Source: Tubiluchus corallicola
Lineage: Eukaryota > Animalia > Priapulida
Assembly (NCBI GenBank): GCA_030141605.1
Contig: JAQGDQ010000008.1
Coordinates: forward strand, 806,001-870,000
Direction: 5' to 3'
Length of the DNA stretch: 64,000 nt
Shown here: piece by piece, positions 53,801 to 64,000 of the stretch
Numbering within the stretch: the first letter of the stretch is position 1
How the letters are laid out: the number at the start of each line of letters is the position of its first letter
The notes under the pieces: model-generated
The model's input: only the letters and a program-made list of their open reading frames with translations
What the model was told of the DNA's origin: nothing
Database searches by the model: none
Program-made: the position numbers and the translations under genes

Positions 53801-56800
53801 TTTGTAGTGCTGTTTTTTTCTTGCTCATTTATGTTACGTGACTTACGTACAGAGTTCGAGGGAAGTCTCAGCTGCTTGGCCTTTTCAGTTTCTGGCAGTG
53901 TACACGTACTCTCATGGTCACTGCTTTTCTTGAAGCTGCATCTTATAATACCAACCAAGCTGTCAAACTAGTGCCACTCAAGGACATCTATCGATAAAGA
54001 TTATTCTGTTGATCCTGCACTGTAAGCCTCTTGCAATGGATGGTCCAATTATTTTATTACTTAAATCTGTATTCTGTTTCGTGGCTTTCCATTTATTCTG
54101 TACGGAAAATATTACTTAATCATTGAGCACTGATGGTTGAAGTAAAAAGGTTATATGTTGCACGGAAATTATTTAGACCTATTTTATACATTTTTTTCCA
54201 AGATGTTTTCTAGGCATTTTGTACTGGCTTTGCAGCAAGAAAACAGAATAGTTTTAGTTCAGGTCAGCTTAGTTTATTAATGCCAGCAACCCATATTTAC
54301 AAATCACATAATACATTTCAACAAGGAAATATAAAGGCTATCTACATTCCCACCATCAGTTTCTGTACGATTAAATGAGTTAGTTGATTGTCTGAGATTG
54401 TTAGCATGATGCAGAATGGAATTTTTCCACATTGGAATTTTCGTCTTGCTGATTTTACAAGTTGTGTTTAGCAGCAAGTTATTGGCTTTACTATCACTCT
54501 AAGGCATTCAAACACTTCAAATGGCATTTAATAGAGCAATTACAACCATGTGCCTGAACCACGAAATCAAGTTCTGAAATGATCTTTAAAGACGTAGTTT
54601 TATACTGTGAGAGGAATCAACTTGAAATCCTCCATTTGTGTAGGTAATTGCGTAATGCTATTTGGCTGCACTGTACTGGATGGTATTAGTTCTTCAACTG
54701 CACAACAGGAACTTTGTCTGTCAAAAGGTGTTTATAGGCACTCTCATGCTAGCATTGTAGTTGACTGAGAGGTGTAAACAAGGATTCCAGTCGTCCAGAT
54801 AAGTTAAACTTCTTCAGAAAGGAAAGAGTTCGTATCCCTATTGAATGAAATTTCGGAAGATTTCTTTCTTACCTTTATTAACAGGAATGCAATTATCTTC
54901 TTAATGGTAAGATGCATTTATATTGAGTCAATAAATATTTTATTTTTTACTATTTTCTACGCTCTCTCTCTCTCCTTGTGCCATTGTGCACTACACTGGC
55001 ATAGAAAACTCACAACTAAAACCTTTGCAACAGATTTTCAGCTTTGAAACTCATCTCCTCTCCCAAGAGAGCTGCAAATGTTTGCCTTGTTGCAAGCAGC
55101 ATAAAAATAACTCCTCTGCAACATATTTACAAGTCATTCTGGTCGGCCTAATAGCATTTATGGGTTAAAAATATGTAGAAAAAAATCATGTCACATTTCT
55201 ATAGGCATGCGAAGTCTTCTTTATTCCCATCAGCAAGTGTGTTAAACATAGCTGCTCTTACATGCACTCTAACACAGCACACAATTTGGGTTGATTAAAT
55301 TCTACCTATTCAATGTTATTATTTGCCAGCACGCCAAATCTGATAGAATTTACTACTTTACTTGGTGCTTATTCGATTTTAGTTTTCTTGGGTAGTTGAT
55401 AAACATCAGAAAAATCAACAGGAGATGAGCTAAACTTCGTTGTCGAAATGTTGCGATTGATGGATTTCAACTCGATAACATTCTGTGCAAATTGAATGTA
55501 ATCTATTATATGTGGCCTAGAGCCTTTTTATCTAAATCAGTTTACCATTTTCCGAATGTCAGTTGCTAGTATTTCTTTCTAAAAACACTGAGCATTCATT
55601 TTTGTCTATCTACCTAGAAACACTGAACATGCATTTTTGTCTATCTGCCTAGAAGTTGAATTATTCCTACATATGTTTCTGCTTTTGCATATCTTTCTGC
55701 TTTTTATATTGTATTAATATTCCAATAAATGAGAATGATTGATACTCTTCTTTTCATCCCAGAAACAAGTTTTGAAGAGTACTGAACACTGCTTTTTCAT
55801 CTTGTGTTCCCCATGAGACCCAAAGCTTACCTTCATTGACTCCGTAATACGGGCAATTCTTTAACAAGCTGTTTTTGATGTGTTGATTCTTTATATCTGC
55901 CCATTGTGGGATTCCATTTGGTCATGTTATCACTTTTAGAAGTTTGATTTTGATGCTCTAAAAAGGCCAAATCTTTTTGCATTCATTCTCATTCTCAGAG
56001 ATGCTTTCTCAGAGTTGGATTGAACTCAACTTGTAAGCTTATTTATAAATAATGCATGAAATAAAATACTTGATCATGACTTGTATTTCTACCAGATTAT
56101 GTTTACTTCAAGAAAAATAGCCATATCAGTTGCTCATCTTATGTTTGTCTTTCTCTTATGCCACTTTGGTGTGGTTATGATCTTTTAATGCTCCAGGGAA
56201 TGCTTTATGGTTTGTACTACAAACAAGCATTTATTTTTCTATTAAATTTCTCAGCTTCAAGGAACAGAATTCTTTTCAGAACTCGTATCGTGTGCATTAA
56301 TAATAGATGCAAAAGCTCTGCCTTTGATGTTGTTGTATCACTCTTATCTGTAGTTCATTGTTAGACTAGGTGGACAGATGCACATGTTTGACCTTCCATG
56401 CAACCTGTAACTTCACCACCCACAAGAGAAAACGTCAAATGTAAATATATATAAATTACATTGGAAAGCACACTGCAGTGTCAATTATATTACATTTTTT
56501 CATTATTTCGATTCAGCTTAATGGTATTGTGCATTTGCATTATATGTTTGCTACCTGAATGCCAAAAACCTTTAAAAGTCATTTTACTTTATCATAAGAC
56601 TCGTAGTCACTTATTTCACATAACCAAAGAAAAGTTTGTCGTTGCAGCACAACCATTCACTTAAAAACTTGTGTAGGGTGACTACAGCTATGAATTGTGC
56701 CATGACTGGTCAGTGAACGGTTCATGATCATATCTATTTTTGCTAGTTTATATTGATTCTGGCTGTTTACTGTATTGAAGGAGAACATATTCACATTATA

Positions 56801-59800
56801 ATATGGCTGAAACACGTGATTCATTAACTCATTTTAAATGATTATCCTTGATAATGAACGTAATTCCAGTTTCACCGTGCAATCATTCAATGCCACTCAG
56901 AGAAGGCAAGACGGATTCCAGCTTGCAGAGTGTTGAATTGTATAAAAATTCTATTGTTGGTGTTGTTAACATTTTCTGTTTTTGTACTGAACTCATTACT
57001 GTGTTGTACATGTAGTGTCTTAACAGCGTCTGGAGCTTCACTGTACTAAATATTTCAACGTTCCTATATGGTTTCTATTGGCGTTTTTGTTTGTAGATTT
57101 TATTGTAACACGTTTTTCTACAACATTCTTCCTGTCAGGCTTTGCACAAACGCTTTTTTCAGCTTTATGGTAATGAGGCCCCTTTGAAGTGTTTTGGCTT
57201 TACAGCAGTCAATGCCAAAAACATTAAGAGCATGTAAGAAGATGCTTGTGCGAAGTCAATTAATTGAGAGTCATAAAGTTTAGGGCTTCCTTTTGGATAA
57301 GACGATGTAATAGGATAAGCTTTCTGACTGTCATTGAAGTTGCAAGCGTGCATGTAAGTGCTTGTTCCTGTGCGCCTGCATGCATGTGAAATTAGATGCT
57401 ACCTGGCTTGTGCCTTGTATTAGTAACTTTGTTGGGAGCTAGTAGATTTTTATGGTGGGGGTGCAACTCTTTACCTCCCAACTCATCCACAAATCTGACT
57501 ACCCTGTCGCGTCATCTTTTATTCACAATAAAAGGGTTGTGCAACATACGTGGGCGGTTGTTGTCCTACAATTTTCCAGAGGGCAACAAGGCATATGAAC
57601 CAAAATTCAACGACACAGGTATAATTAATATATCTTTAGTGAGGTTGCAATGTCGAAGGGCTCACTTGAAAAACCAGCGGGTCTAAGGCTTGATGTTACG
57701 TTTTACGGGGGTTTACTTAGGCATTATGGTTTTCCATGTTGACCATGACATACATAGATTCCAAACATTCCAACAACAAAATCTTATATGAAATGGAGGA
57801 AAAGATTATGATTATGTTTACTATTTTTATTCACTTTTTACTCTGTTTAGATAAATTAGAACAGGTTAAATTATCAATAACAGTTTCGCATAAAAGCATA
57901 ATAACAAAAATGACAAAGTGAAAAGAAAACAAAATGTCTACTTATCAGTTAACCCTTCCCCTGAGAGGACAAGGACATAGGATAGGAGTCCGCGGACGTA
58001 GCTCACTCCAGTCAGTCACAGCAACACATCAACGACTTCAAGTCTATGGCCATAACAATCAACGGTGATGACGCCGGCTGCAGCACCAATCAAACATGAA
58101 CTAAGGAATGGCTCACAAGTCTCTGTGGTTGACTCAGGATACGTCCACAATCCACAACGTCTGGACACTGGTGGCTAGTCACGCATTTCCATGTAGTTTA
58201 GAATAAGACACATCGTAGAGAGTTCCAACATCTCATCAGTGTGAATAAAGCTCCATCCACAACATCAAAACTGAAGTAGTTTGGTATCACCACTGATAGT
58301 CTCTTTATGTTAGATCAGTCAAATAGTAGATGTGCACAAGTTTAGTGCTTCAGACTCTTATATAATCAAGTTTAGGATTTTAACCATTTTCGTAAAGTAA
58401 AGTTAAAGAGTTAACGCATTTTAGCTGCTTTCAGATTCAGCAGTTACACTGTACTCCCCTGGATATCTGTGTCATGCACTTTCCAAGATCATGTTATGCA
58501 TGGACAGGTTATAGTATTATGAAAGGAGGGGTGATAGGTAGGAAGCCCTTCCCACAGACTATACTACAGCAAGATCTAGTTTAGCTATGTGTAAGAACCT
58601 TACAAACTTCTTGCCCTGAATTATTTTACTGAAAGATGTTCTTTTCTGAAGAAAATATGGATAAGGTAATGAAATACTTAAATGAACCCTCAGTTATTAA
58701 TTGTTTAGACTAAACTAGACTGAAGAATGAGGAAAAATAAAAAATCCAGCCTAAGCTTAGATATGAATCAGGGTCTTTTGGAATTGCAGATGAGGGTGTG
58801 CATCAAAGTGCATACATTATAGCATAATCAATTTTCCCATTTTTGTGCATTCCAACACTCATGAAATCCTGGAATCCATCAATTACTGGCAGGGCATGCT
58901 TAATCTGGGTGGTTGCAGGACTGGAACCTGGCTCTTTGGCCAATATTGCCAATATCTAAGATGAGTCATATGCCGAATCGGCAAATATGTCTTGGCCAAG
59001 TTTAGACGCGAATGCATCCTCCCGCTGTGAGAGAAATAACCATAATCAGTATGACTGATCAAGCTTCCTAAAGTCAATGTGGAACTGACTGCCATCCATC
59101 CCATTCACAAATCTGCTTAGGCATTGCTTAATTTCGACCGTAAAACTCAAATAATGACAACTCAGGTGCCACCCTCTCCCCAGTGCTTTCATTCATGTTC
59201 TTATTTCTTTTTGTTATTATTATCTCCAATGCAACTCTTATATACATCAGCATTTGAACTTTAGTTTTCCCAAATGGCCATTAACTGATGAGAGCACAGG
59301 GAAGCCATAGTTAACGAATTAGCACTTATATCTGAAACCCACCTGCATCTCCACTTGATCAACCTCTCGCCTGCAGTGACGTCTTAATGTGAGGCTGATT
59401 AGCCCTGTTATCCAGTATAGTCTAGGGGATTACTCGTGTTGTAATTTCAGTGAACATTCATGAAAGTTTGATTAAAGGTGCACAAGGTATGTTGAATGTG
59501 AACAGAACTGAAGCATGATACCAGATCAATACATTGCTTGAAGCCAGTAACTAAGCAATAGAAAAATTGCCAATCAAAGTGAACAGCAAATACTTCTGTC
59601 CTCTAGTGTCATTAACATGCGTATGAAGTACTTGTCATTCTTGACCTTTTGGGTGACATTGTATCGTGGTGTTTGGAAGACTGTGAATAGCGTAATTCAA
59701 CTAGTTGACATTGCTTGATTGGTAAATGAATTTAGTGGTTATGGTTTGTTAACATGAGTATCCCTTTGACCTTAAATGAAGCCAAACACAGGCTCTTTGT

Positions 59801-61085
59801 CTAATTTTTTGATCAACAACTACTGCAAAGTTGTCTTGCTTTGCTTTGCCTTGCCTTGTCATCCTTTGTCTTTTGTTAACTTGTTTTGACTTGTTTTGCC
59901 TCACACTTGTTTTACTTTTGTTTTGTTTTGTCCCTTCTTGCTCTGATTTTTTCTTGCCTTGTTTTGTCCTGTCATGCCTTATTTTAGTTTTTTCTTGCCT
60001 TGTCTTACCCTCTAACTTGCCAGCTTTGGTCAGTTTCATTTAAAAGTTGACACAGTCTTACCTTTGGAATATAATTTGTGCGTAGACTCTGCATGGGTTT
60101 GGTGAGTGGGATGATGGGCATGGTTTGGCACAAATGGACTCCACCAATTTTGTTAGCTTCAACTAGATTCAAATCTGGTAGAATTCTCATTTCAGCACTA
60201 TTGAAGGGTAACTCGAGTCCTTTTAAGGGAGGTGTTTTTTTTGGTGTGCTTCCCCTTAGAGTTCAAAACTGCTTGTTTTATGTAGTTTCTTGCATGAAGT
60301 CTAGAACTAGCTGTTGGCATCTTCTTACCTTTCAAAAGAGATGGTAATTTTCTTAATTATTTTCAGTATGACATTCATAATACGTCATTGAAAGCACTTT
60401 TGGCTTAATTATTATAAGCTAGCCGGACCACAGTCTTATTATTGAGAGCCTGCAGAAGCTTATTGTATAATAACCTGAATCGTTTAAGTTGAACGTGCTC
60501 AGGCTCATATAAAACAATGGCGTGCCACACGAACCATAATGGATTTAGCTGAGAATTGCTGAATATAGAGACTCATTAGTAGATAATAATTGCTAAGTTT
60601 CTTCTTGCAGCTGTGACTTGTTTATATAACTGGGTGTTTGGCTTCATCTCCTTTCAGGGGCTATCTAACTGCTAGTTGTGTAATTTAGTTAAATTTAAAA
60701 TAATAAGTGAATAGTTTTAAATGGTGGCCAGTGAAGAGCCGAGTACCTTGTGTATTTCGAGGCTGAAGTTAAATGATGCCTTGGGTGGTCAGTGAATGAA
60801 TATGTTTGACTTTTGCTTGCCTGGTTTCATCTACCATGTAAAGAGAGGATATATTCCATCTCTGCTACTTCTGTGTCTTGCCTTAGAGGATTAGGGTTGA
60901 TTTGGTCCTATCACAACCATTCGAATTAAGCTGGCCTGCAAGGATGTAATCGCCTTTTATGCTTTTAAATAAGGTTTATTGTTGATTTGCTTTTTGCTGT
61001 TATTTATGGTATACATTTTTTTGTTTCAGTTATATGTAGTCCAGTGTTGGATGAAACATCAAACAGGGTCATAGCCGTTATAGTG
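23557..61085 (+). CDS. PDE2A: cGMP-stimulated 3',5'-cyclic nucleotide phosphodiesterase 2A orthologue, 3'-partial; join(23557..23829,26276..26365,50319..50413,51076..51185,61030..61085>)
   Basis: Phase-consistent GT-AG exons translate to [12 protein letters not shown]...SSLAL|[30 protein letters not shown]|[32 protein letters not shown]|LAVQCKKDF...NNKV|[19 protein letters not shown]. This is colinear with mammalian PDE2A as recalled ([60 protein letters not shown]|...|VLVMPLADKEAGAVAAVIL). GAF and catalytic domains would lie beyond the window. Confidence 0.85.
26276..26365 (+). CDS. PDE2A: PDE2A exon ([30 protein letters not shown])
   Basis: Acceptor gttacag|, donor GTG|GTATGT; 90 nt, phase 0/0; ungapped similarity to the 30-aa mammalian segment. 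Confidence 0.88.
27055..27146. repeat. 46-bp tandem duplication
   Basis: CTAGAAATTTTAAACTTCAAC(T/C)TAGTTTGTCTTTTGTTATCTGTGA x2. Confidence 0.92.
27900..28320. repeat. Degenerate ~45-bp minisatellite (~9 units)
   Basis: Recurring GCCATTTCTGGATGCTGCACTGCCCTTTACACTGTCCACCTGCAA-like unit. Confidence 0.85.
29618..29668 (+). mobile_element. 5S rRNA-like (SINE3-type) repeat fragment
   Basis: AAGTTGAGCGGCGTCAAACTTGGTTCGTTATTGGATGCGTGATCACTGGGA aligns with the 5S internal control region GAAGCTAAGCAGGGTCGGGCCTGGTTAGTACTTGGATGGGAGACCGCCTGGGA. Confidence 0.5.
31470..31610. repeat. 15-bp unit repeat (GTCCTTTGTCCGGTG-like), probably the subterminal part of an unclassified non-autonomous element
   Basis: About seven GTCCTTTG cores in two clusters with 15-bp spacing. 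Confidence 0.7.
35700..36140. repeat. Degenerate ~37-40-bp minisatellite
   Basis: Recurring GGGCCATTGTGATCAGTTGCAGGTTAGTGGTGAGGAT-like unit, about 11 copies. Confidence 0.88.
37007..37234. mobile_element. Tc1/mariner-type MITE
   Basis: TIRs CAGGGTGTTCGGAAAGTCACTGTGCA / revcomp CAGAGCGTTCGGAAACTCAGTGTGCA (22/26); TA immediately 3', TG (mutated TA) 5'. Confidence 0.72.
37533..37638. repeat. ~58-bp imperfect tandem duplication
   Basis: TCTCTGTAAGTT(G/A)ATTTGACACC...TAGCAATTCAC occurs twice. Confidence 0.8.
38512..38582. repeat. (ATGG)n microsatellite within degenerate (GAAT)-type flanks
   Basis: About 17 perfect ATGG units. Confidence 0.97.
41791..41900 (+). mobile_element. 5S rRNA-like (SINE3-type) repeat copy
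   Basis: GAAGTTAAGCAATATCGACCATGGTTAGCAAATTGGTTGATGACC resembles 5S box A-IE-box C; the following CTTGGTGGTTTCGCCTACC is shared with the copy near 60764. Confidence 0.55.
43957..44090 (-). mobile_element. Probable LINE 3' end
   Basis: Revcomp ...GGCGAATAAACTGAATTGAATTG: AATAAA plus a (TGAAT)n tail. Confidence 0.35.
44200..44595. repeat. AT-rich degenerate tandem duplication (~2.3 copies)
   Basis: ATAAAATCACATGCAA(A)TAATCAAACAAAA and CATCAAA blocks recur. Confidence 0.6.
44620..45605 (-). pseudogene. Retrotransposon gag pseudogene
   Basis: ATG at 45605, open to 44937. The homologous sequence continues in another frame ([28 protein letters not shown]) and is interrupted again before the CCHC knuckles. 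Confidence 0.85.
45642..45659 (-). promoter_or_regulatory. Primer-binding site complementary to tRNA-Ser 3' end
   Basis: Minus strand TGGCGCAGTCGACAGGAT, 5 nt from the LTR end; the plus strand ATCCTGTCGACTGCG-CCA resembles metazoan tRNA-Ser 3' termini. Confidence 0.8.
45665..45997 (-). repeat. LTR (333 bp)
   Basis: TGTTGT...ACAACA inverted termini; minus-strand TATATAA near 45880 and AATAAA at 45733-45738. Confidence 0.88.
46039..46147. repeat. Inverted repeat / hairpin, ~50-bp arms with a 5-nt loop
   Basis: AAAGTGTCAAATGTAAGCAGAGT...CAAACTCTCTAC-tcatt-GTAGAGAGTTTG...ACTCTGCTTACATTGATACTTT. Confidence 0.9.
48500..48653 (-). mobile_element. tRNA-derived SINE (degenerate)
   Basis: Minus strand starts AGCTGTGGTGGTCTAGTGGTT (A box) with a B-box-like GGCTCGTTTCC about 40 nt later; no intact cloverleaf. 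Confidence 0.55.
49234..49525. repeat. Low-complexity (ACA/ATGACA)-rich degenerate repeat
   Basis: Recurring ACAACAATGACAA-like motifs. Confidence 0.7.
49660..49706. repeat. 24-bp tandem duplication
   Basis: TTAGTCAAGC(C/T)ACCTCCTATCAG x2. Confidence 0.9.
50319..50413 (+). CDS. PDE2A: PDE2A exon ([32 protein letters not shown])
   Basis: Acceptor tctttttcag|, donor AAG|GTGAGT; phase 0/2; HEIP..G.VR motif. Confidence 0.88.
50360..50812. repeat. ~62-bp minisatellite (7 units) whose first unit overlaps a PDE2A exon end and splice donor
   Basis: GAACAT core at about 50397, 50459, 50521, 50576, 50638, 50705 and 50779, within TTTGTACACTGATAGAATAGCAYGAGATTCTTGAACATGGGATTGTAAG..AGTCACTGA-like units. 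Confidence 0.9.
51076..51185 (+). CDS. PDE2A: PDE2A exon ([36 protein letters not shown])
   Basis: Acceptor ttttttacag|, donor TCG|GTGAGT; 110 nt, phase 2/1, open and bridging its neighbours; low amino-acid similarity. Confidence 0.8.
51802..53210 (+). mobile_element. Internally deleted, degenerate CR1-clade LINE (PHD-finger ORF1 remnant plus RT fragments)
   Basis: [23 protein letters not shown] (PHD), [21 protein letters not shown]...[18 protein letters not shown] (from FADDTKL), [36 protein letters not shown] and NTRGHS occur in canonical order. Confidence 0.88.
55583..55652. repeat. 35-bp tandem duplication
   Basis: AAACACTGA(G/A)CAT(T/G)CATTTTTGTCTATCT(A/G)CCTAG x2. Confidence 0.9.
59087..59136 (-). 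mobile_element. 5S rRNA-like repeat copy
   Basis: Revcomp CGAAATTAAGCAATGCCTAAGCAGATTTGTGAATGGGATGGATGGCAGTC resembles the same 5S-ICR-like consensus. Confidence 0.4.
59830..60006. repeat. Degenerate pentanucleotide repeat (TTGYC/TTGTT)n
   Basis: Visible 5-bp periodicity TTGTC TTGCT TTGCC TTGTT. Confidence 0.85.
60764..60835 (+). mobile_element. 5S rRNA-like repeat copy
   Basis: TGAAGTTAAATGATGCCTTGGGTGGTCAGTGAATGAATATGTTTGAC followed by CTTGCCTGGTTTCATCTACC, matching the body of the 41791 copy. Confidence 0.42.
61030..61085 (+). CDS. PDE2A: PDE2A exon ([19 protein letters not shown])
   Basis: Acceptor tttgtttcag|, donor GTG|GTAAGT; 56 nt, phase 1/0; aligns with VLVMPLADKEAGAVAAVIL. Confidence 0.83.
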
Positions 61086-64000
61086 GTAAGTATCTGTGAA
61101 ATGTTGCTTTGCCAAGTTAAATGCAAGCCAGGAGGCTTTTTCTAATTGTGTCTGGTGACATTCTTGGTGCAAAACTACCCTTATGAACTACCCTTTATCA
61201 TCTAATGTCTTCTGTAATCAAACCTCAACCAGTTTCTAAATTGTGTAAGAGGAACTCGTAAAAAGAGCTCACTAACCTAATGAGAGCAGATTGGTCTGAA
61301 TGTGAGCTCAAACATCTTTATGTCTTTTCCTTAGTGCACCATGCTTGTTTTTAGAGCTTTCCCAAGTTTGTCAAAGTGTGGCGGCAATGAACAATATTGC
61401 AAACCAGGAAGTTTTGTAACATAATACAAAGGCATCGTAACTTATTGTGTTGCTGATGCCATCAAGATTTTCTGATTCTCACTTGTACAATACATTTCCC
61501 TTTAATTGGTTTTCACTTTTCTCATGCTTAAAAACTAAGATTTGCATTAGGAACCGTTTATTGTGTAAATTAGGTTTAACCAAAGAGTTGTTTCAAATTT
61601 GTTGCATTGTACATGCATTTTAATTATATGCAGTTATATGCCTGAGTGAATTAATTGCCTGTTACTTCACACTGTGGCTTGTTATAAATTTTATGCATTA
61701 ACGCTGTTCTCGTAACTCTGCTATTTGTGCCCATAAATGAGCATTTTTATTTTGTTAATGATGCTAAATTATAAATGGAGAAAGTTCATGGGCAAAATTA
61801 GAATGACATAGTATGTGGTTATAGGGAAATAAATTGAAAGTTTCTGTCTAGTAATGGTCTAATTAGTGCATTAGATGTGTGTAGTACTGAATCAGTTTGC
61901 TTAGAGTCTGATGTTAATAATGGATTTAGTGATTAATGTGTGTACTGTGCCAACAAGCCATGAGTGTAACACCTGTAAATAAAAAATAAATGACAAAGAG
62001 AACATGCATGTTATGCCTTTTACATTCTGGCTCAACCTTGTTGAAAATTTAAACGTCTAAAGTTGAATATTAAATTCAAAACGTGCAATGACACTGATTC
62101 AGAATGCTCCTTTGAAAGCGATGGATCTTTTTGAGCTTCCTCCATGGGCACACACTTTAGGAAAAAGTTTTTATAAGAGTGCAGAACCGTGTTCACATAA
62201 ATCTCATGTCTGTCTGCAGAATGTCTAATGTCATCTTCAAGTTGCTTTGCAAGTTTTTGAAAATTTCATGATGAGTGCTTTGTCATGTTTACCTTGCTAT
62301 TGCCTAAACAAAGTTACACTGCTAGAATTTCAATATATGTTTACATTAGTGGCTGTAGTCAGTCTGTTGAATTAATATCTTTCCGTCTTTCATATTCTGT
62401 ATTATGTATACCATTTTCTGTATTATGTTATTATATTATAATTATAATATGCTAGTTATTACAAGCTACTTAGGCAGCCTGTCTTGTAGTATTTAATGTT
62501 TAATAAACCTACCAGATCTGCTCAACACGTATGCTAAATTAGACGTCCTCTTTCATGTGCTAAACCACTTGCAATTGATGTCTAACATCTCAAAGAAACT
62601 CAGCTGAAATATTTCAAAGAGTGTACGGCTTTCATGTGTTAAAACACGACAATTTGCTGTCCGGAACATTCAAAGAGAACGATTTGCTGGTGAATTACGG
62701 CCATGTCTGCAGATGCGAGAAAATTTTTATCTGCTCAACATTTAATTGACGGCTTGACGAAGTTGTTGCTTTGCTGGATTAACAAGATTTAGAAGCTGAA
62801 GGAATTGTGGGTAACTCTGAGTCAGTTTACAGAACATTTGCAGTTATGTTGAAACAGTAATGGTGTAAAATGCAAAATGACATTGCTGCCTGTATTCTAA
62901 ATGCTTCTAGGTATCTACATACTTTCTAATATCAGTACACTATGTTTCTGTGAGGACCTTTCAGGTGTAATTGCTTTGCTCTCATATTGGAAGATTTTTT
63001 CTAATTGCTCAACGATTACCTATGTTAAGTTGATTAATGCATCCTTGTGGTAGAAGGGCATTACACCCATCGGTATTAGTTTTCTCTTGATGGTTTAAGC
63101 ATCTAGTTCTGAGTGTAGTATATAGTTGCTCAGTACATCCATATATAGCGAATAGTAATGTATACATCTGCTTGAGAGGAAATTTACTCATATGTTTTGC
63201 ATCCATCTGTGCAGATACATTCTTGGCTTGTATCATTGGCTGCATGTGGTATTCCCTACACTGCGGACAAAATTACTAAAAAAAGTTTGTTATAATGAAG
63301 CTGAAGATAATACTAGGTTGCACTCTGCCAACGAGCTGGAAGGCCATAATAGTCACTTAGAGGTTTTGGGAAAAACGGATTAAACTTTTGGTTTGCTTAT
63401 GACATCGCCATACTGCATTTGATCTAATATGGTACTGTCAGAAGCTTTTGTGATGTATATGTATGTCATAACATGGTGGGATTAGTCTAAATAATAAGTG
63501 AAATATGTAAATATATGCTTTGTGAGATTTTTTATTGTGACACACCGAAACATTAAAAAATACGATTTAAAAAAGCTGAACCTACATAATAAGACTGTCA
63601 TATTTAATAAAAAGTGGAAACAATAATAGTTTTTTAATACATTTTGGCACAATGTTAGCCAAAATCCAGTGCTCAATACCAGAGCCTGCTTACTTGTGTT
63701 CATATGTATGATAAAACCTAGAAGCTCATTGTCAACGATAATTCATAACTAACCAGATCCACTGTTGCTTAACTTCATTTTCCATGTATGAGAATTATTG
63801 CATTTTCAACATCATATTTCTCAATTCTTGGCACAAGTGCCAGCATGCAAAATTTTCTGTGGAGATAATGAAGTCAAATTTCATAAAGTGAAAAGTTAGT
63901 AGTTTATGTTCTAATGGAATCAATTATCCTAATGTCAACAATAGTAGTCAAAGAAACAAAAGTTTTCTACATTTCTCAAAGTGTTCTAGTGTCTTTGTTT

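Noticed and set aside
59749-60043. Lys/Gln-rich and hydrophobic Cys/Leu ORFs
   Set aside because: Translations of a degenerate pentanucleotide repeat.
61086-64000. Next PDE2A exon (expected VHCGQL...-like)
   Set aside because: Candidate acceptors near 62910 and 63214 give no convincing similarity or donor; the exon probably lies beyond the window.

Overview
AT-rich eukaryotic (metazoan) genomic DNA with GT-AG introns; no prokaryotic genes, CRISPR arrays or intact rRNA/tRNA genes were found. An invertebrate chordate such as an ascidian is a guess, not a determination. Two spliced protein-coding genes lie on the + strand. (1) The 3' part of an AF4/FMR2-family gene (AFF/lilliputian, super elongation complex scaffold): 9 phase-consistent coding exons from <1 to the stop at 12916, probably followed by a long 3' UTR. 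(2) The 5' part of a PDE2A (cGMP-stimulated phosphodiesterase) orthologue: 5 coding exons from 23557 to >61085, with a ~24 kb second intron. Its first exon begins MLVLHHML, closely resembling the mitochondria-targeting N-terminus of mammalian PDE2A2. Introns and intergenic DNA hold a truncated Mag/Gypsy LTR element (intact LTR, tRNA-Ser PBS), a deleted CR1 LINE, a Rex/Babar-type LINE fragment, hAT- and mariner-type MITEs, a tRNA-derived SINE, a dispersed 5S-rRNA-like repeat family, a ~590 bp (CT)n tract and several minisatellites, one overlapping a PDE2A exon and its splice donor. Homology calls come from remembered family sequences, not from database searches.
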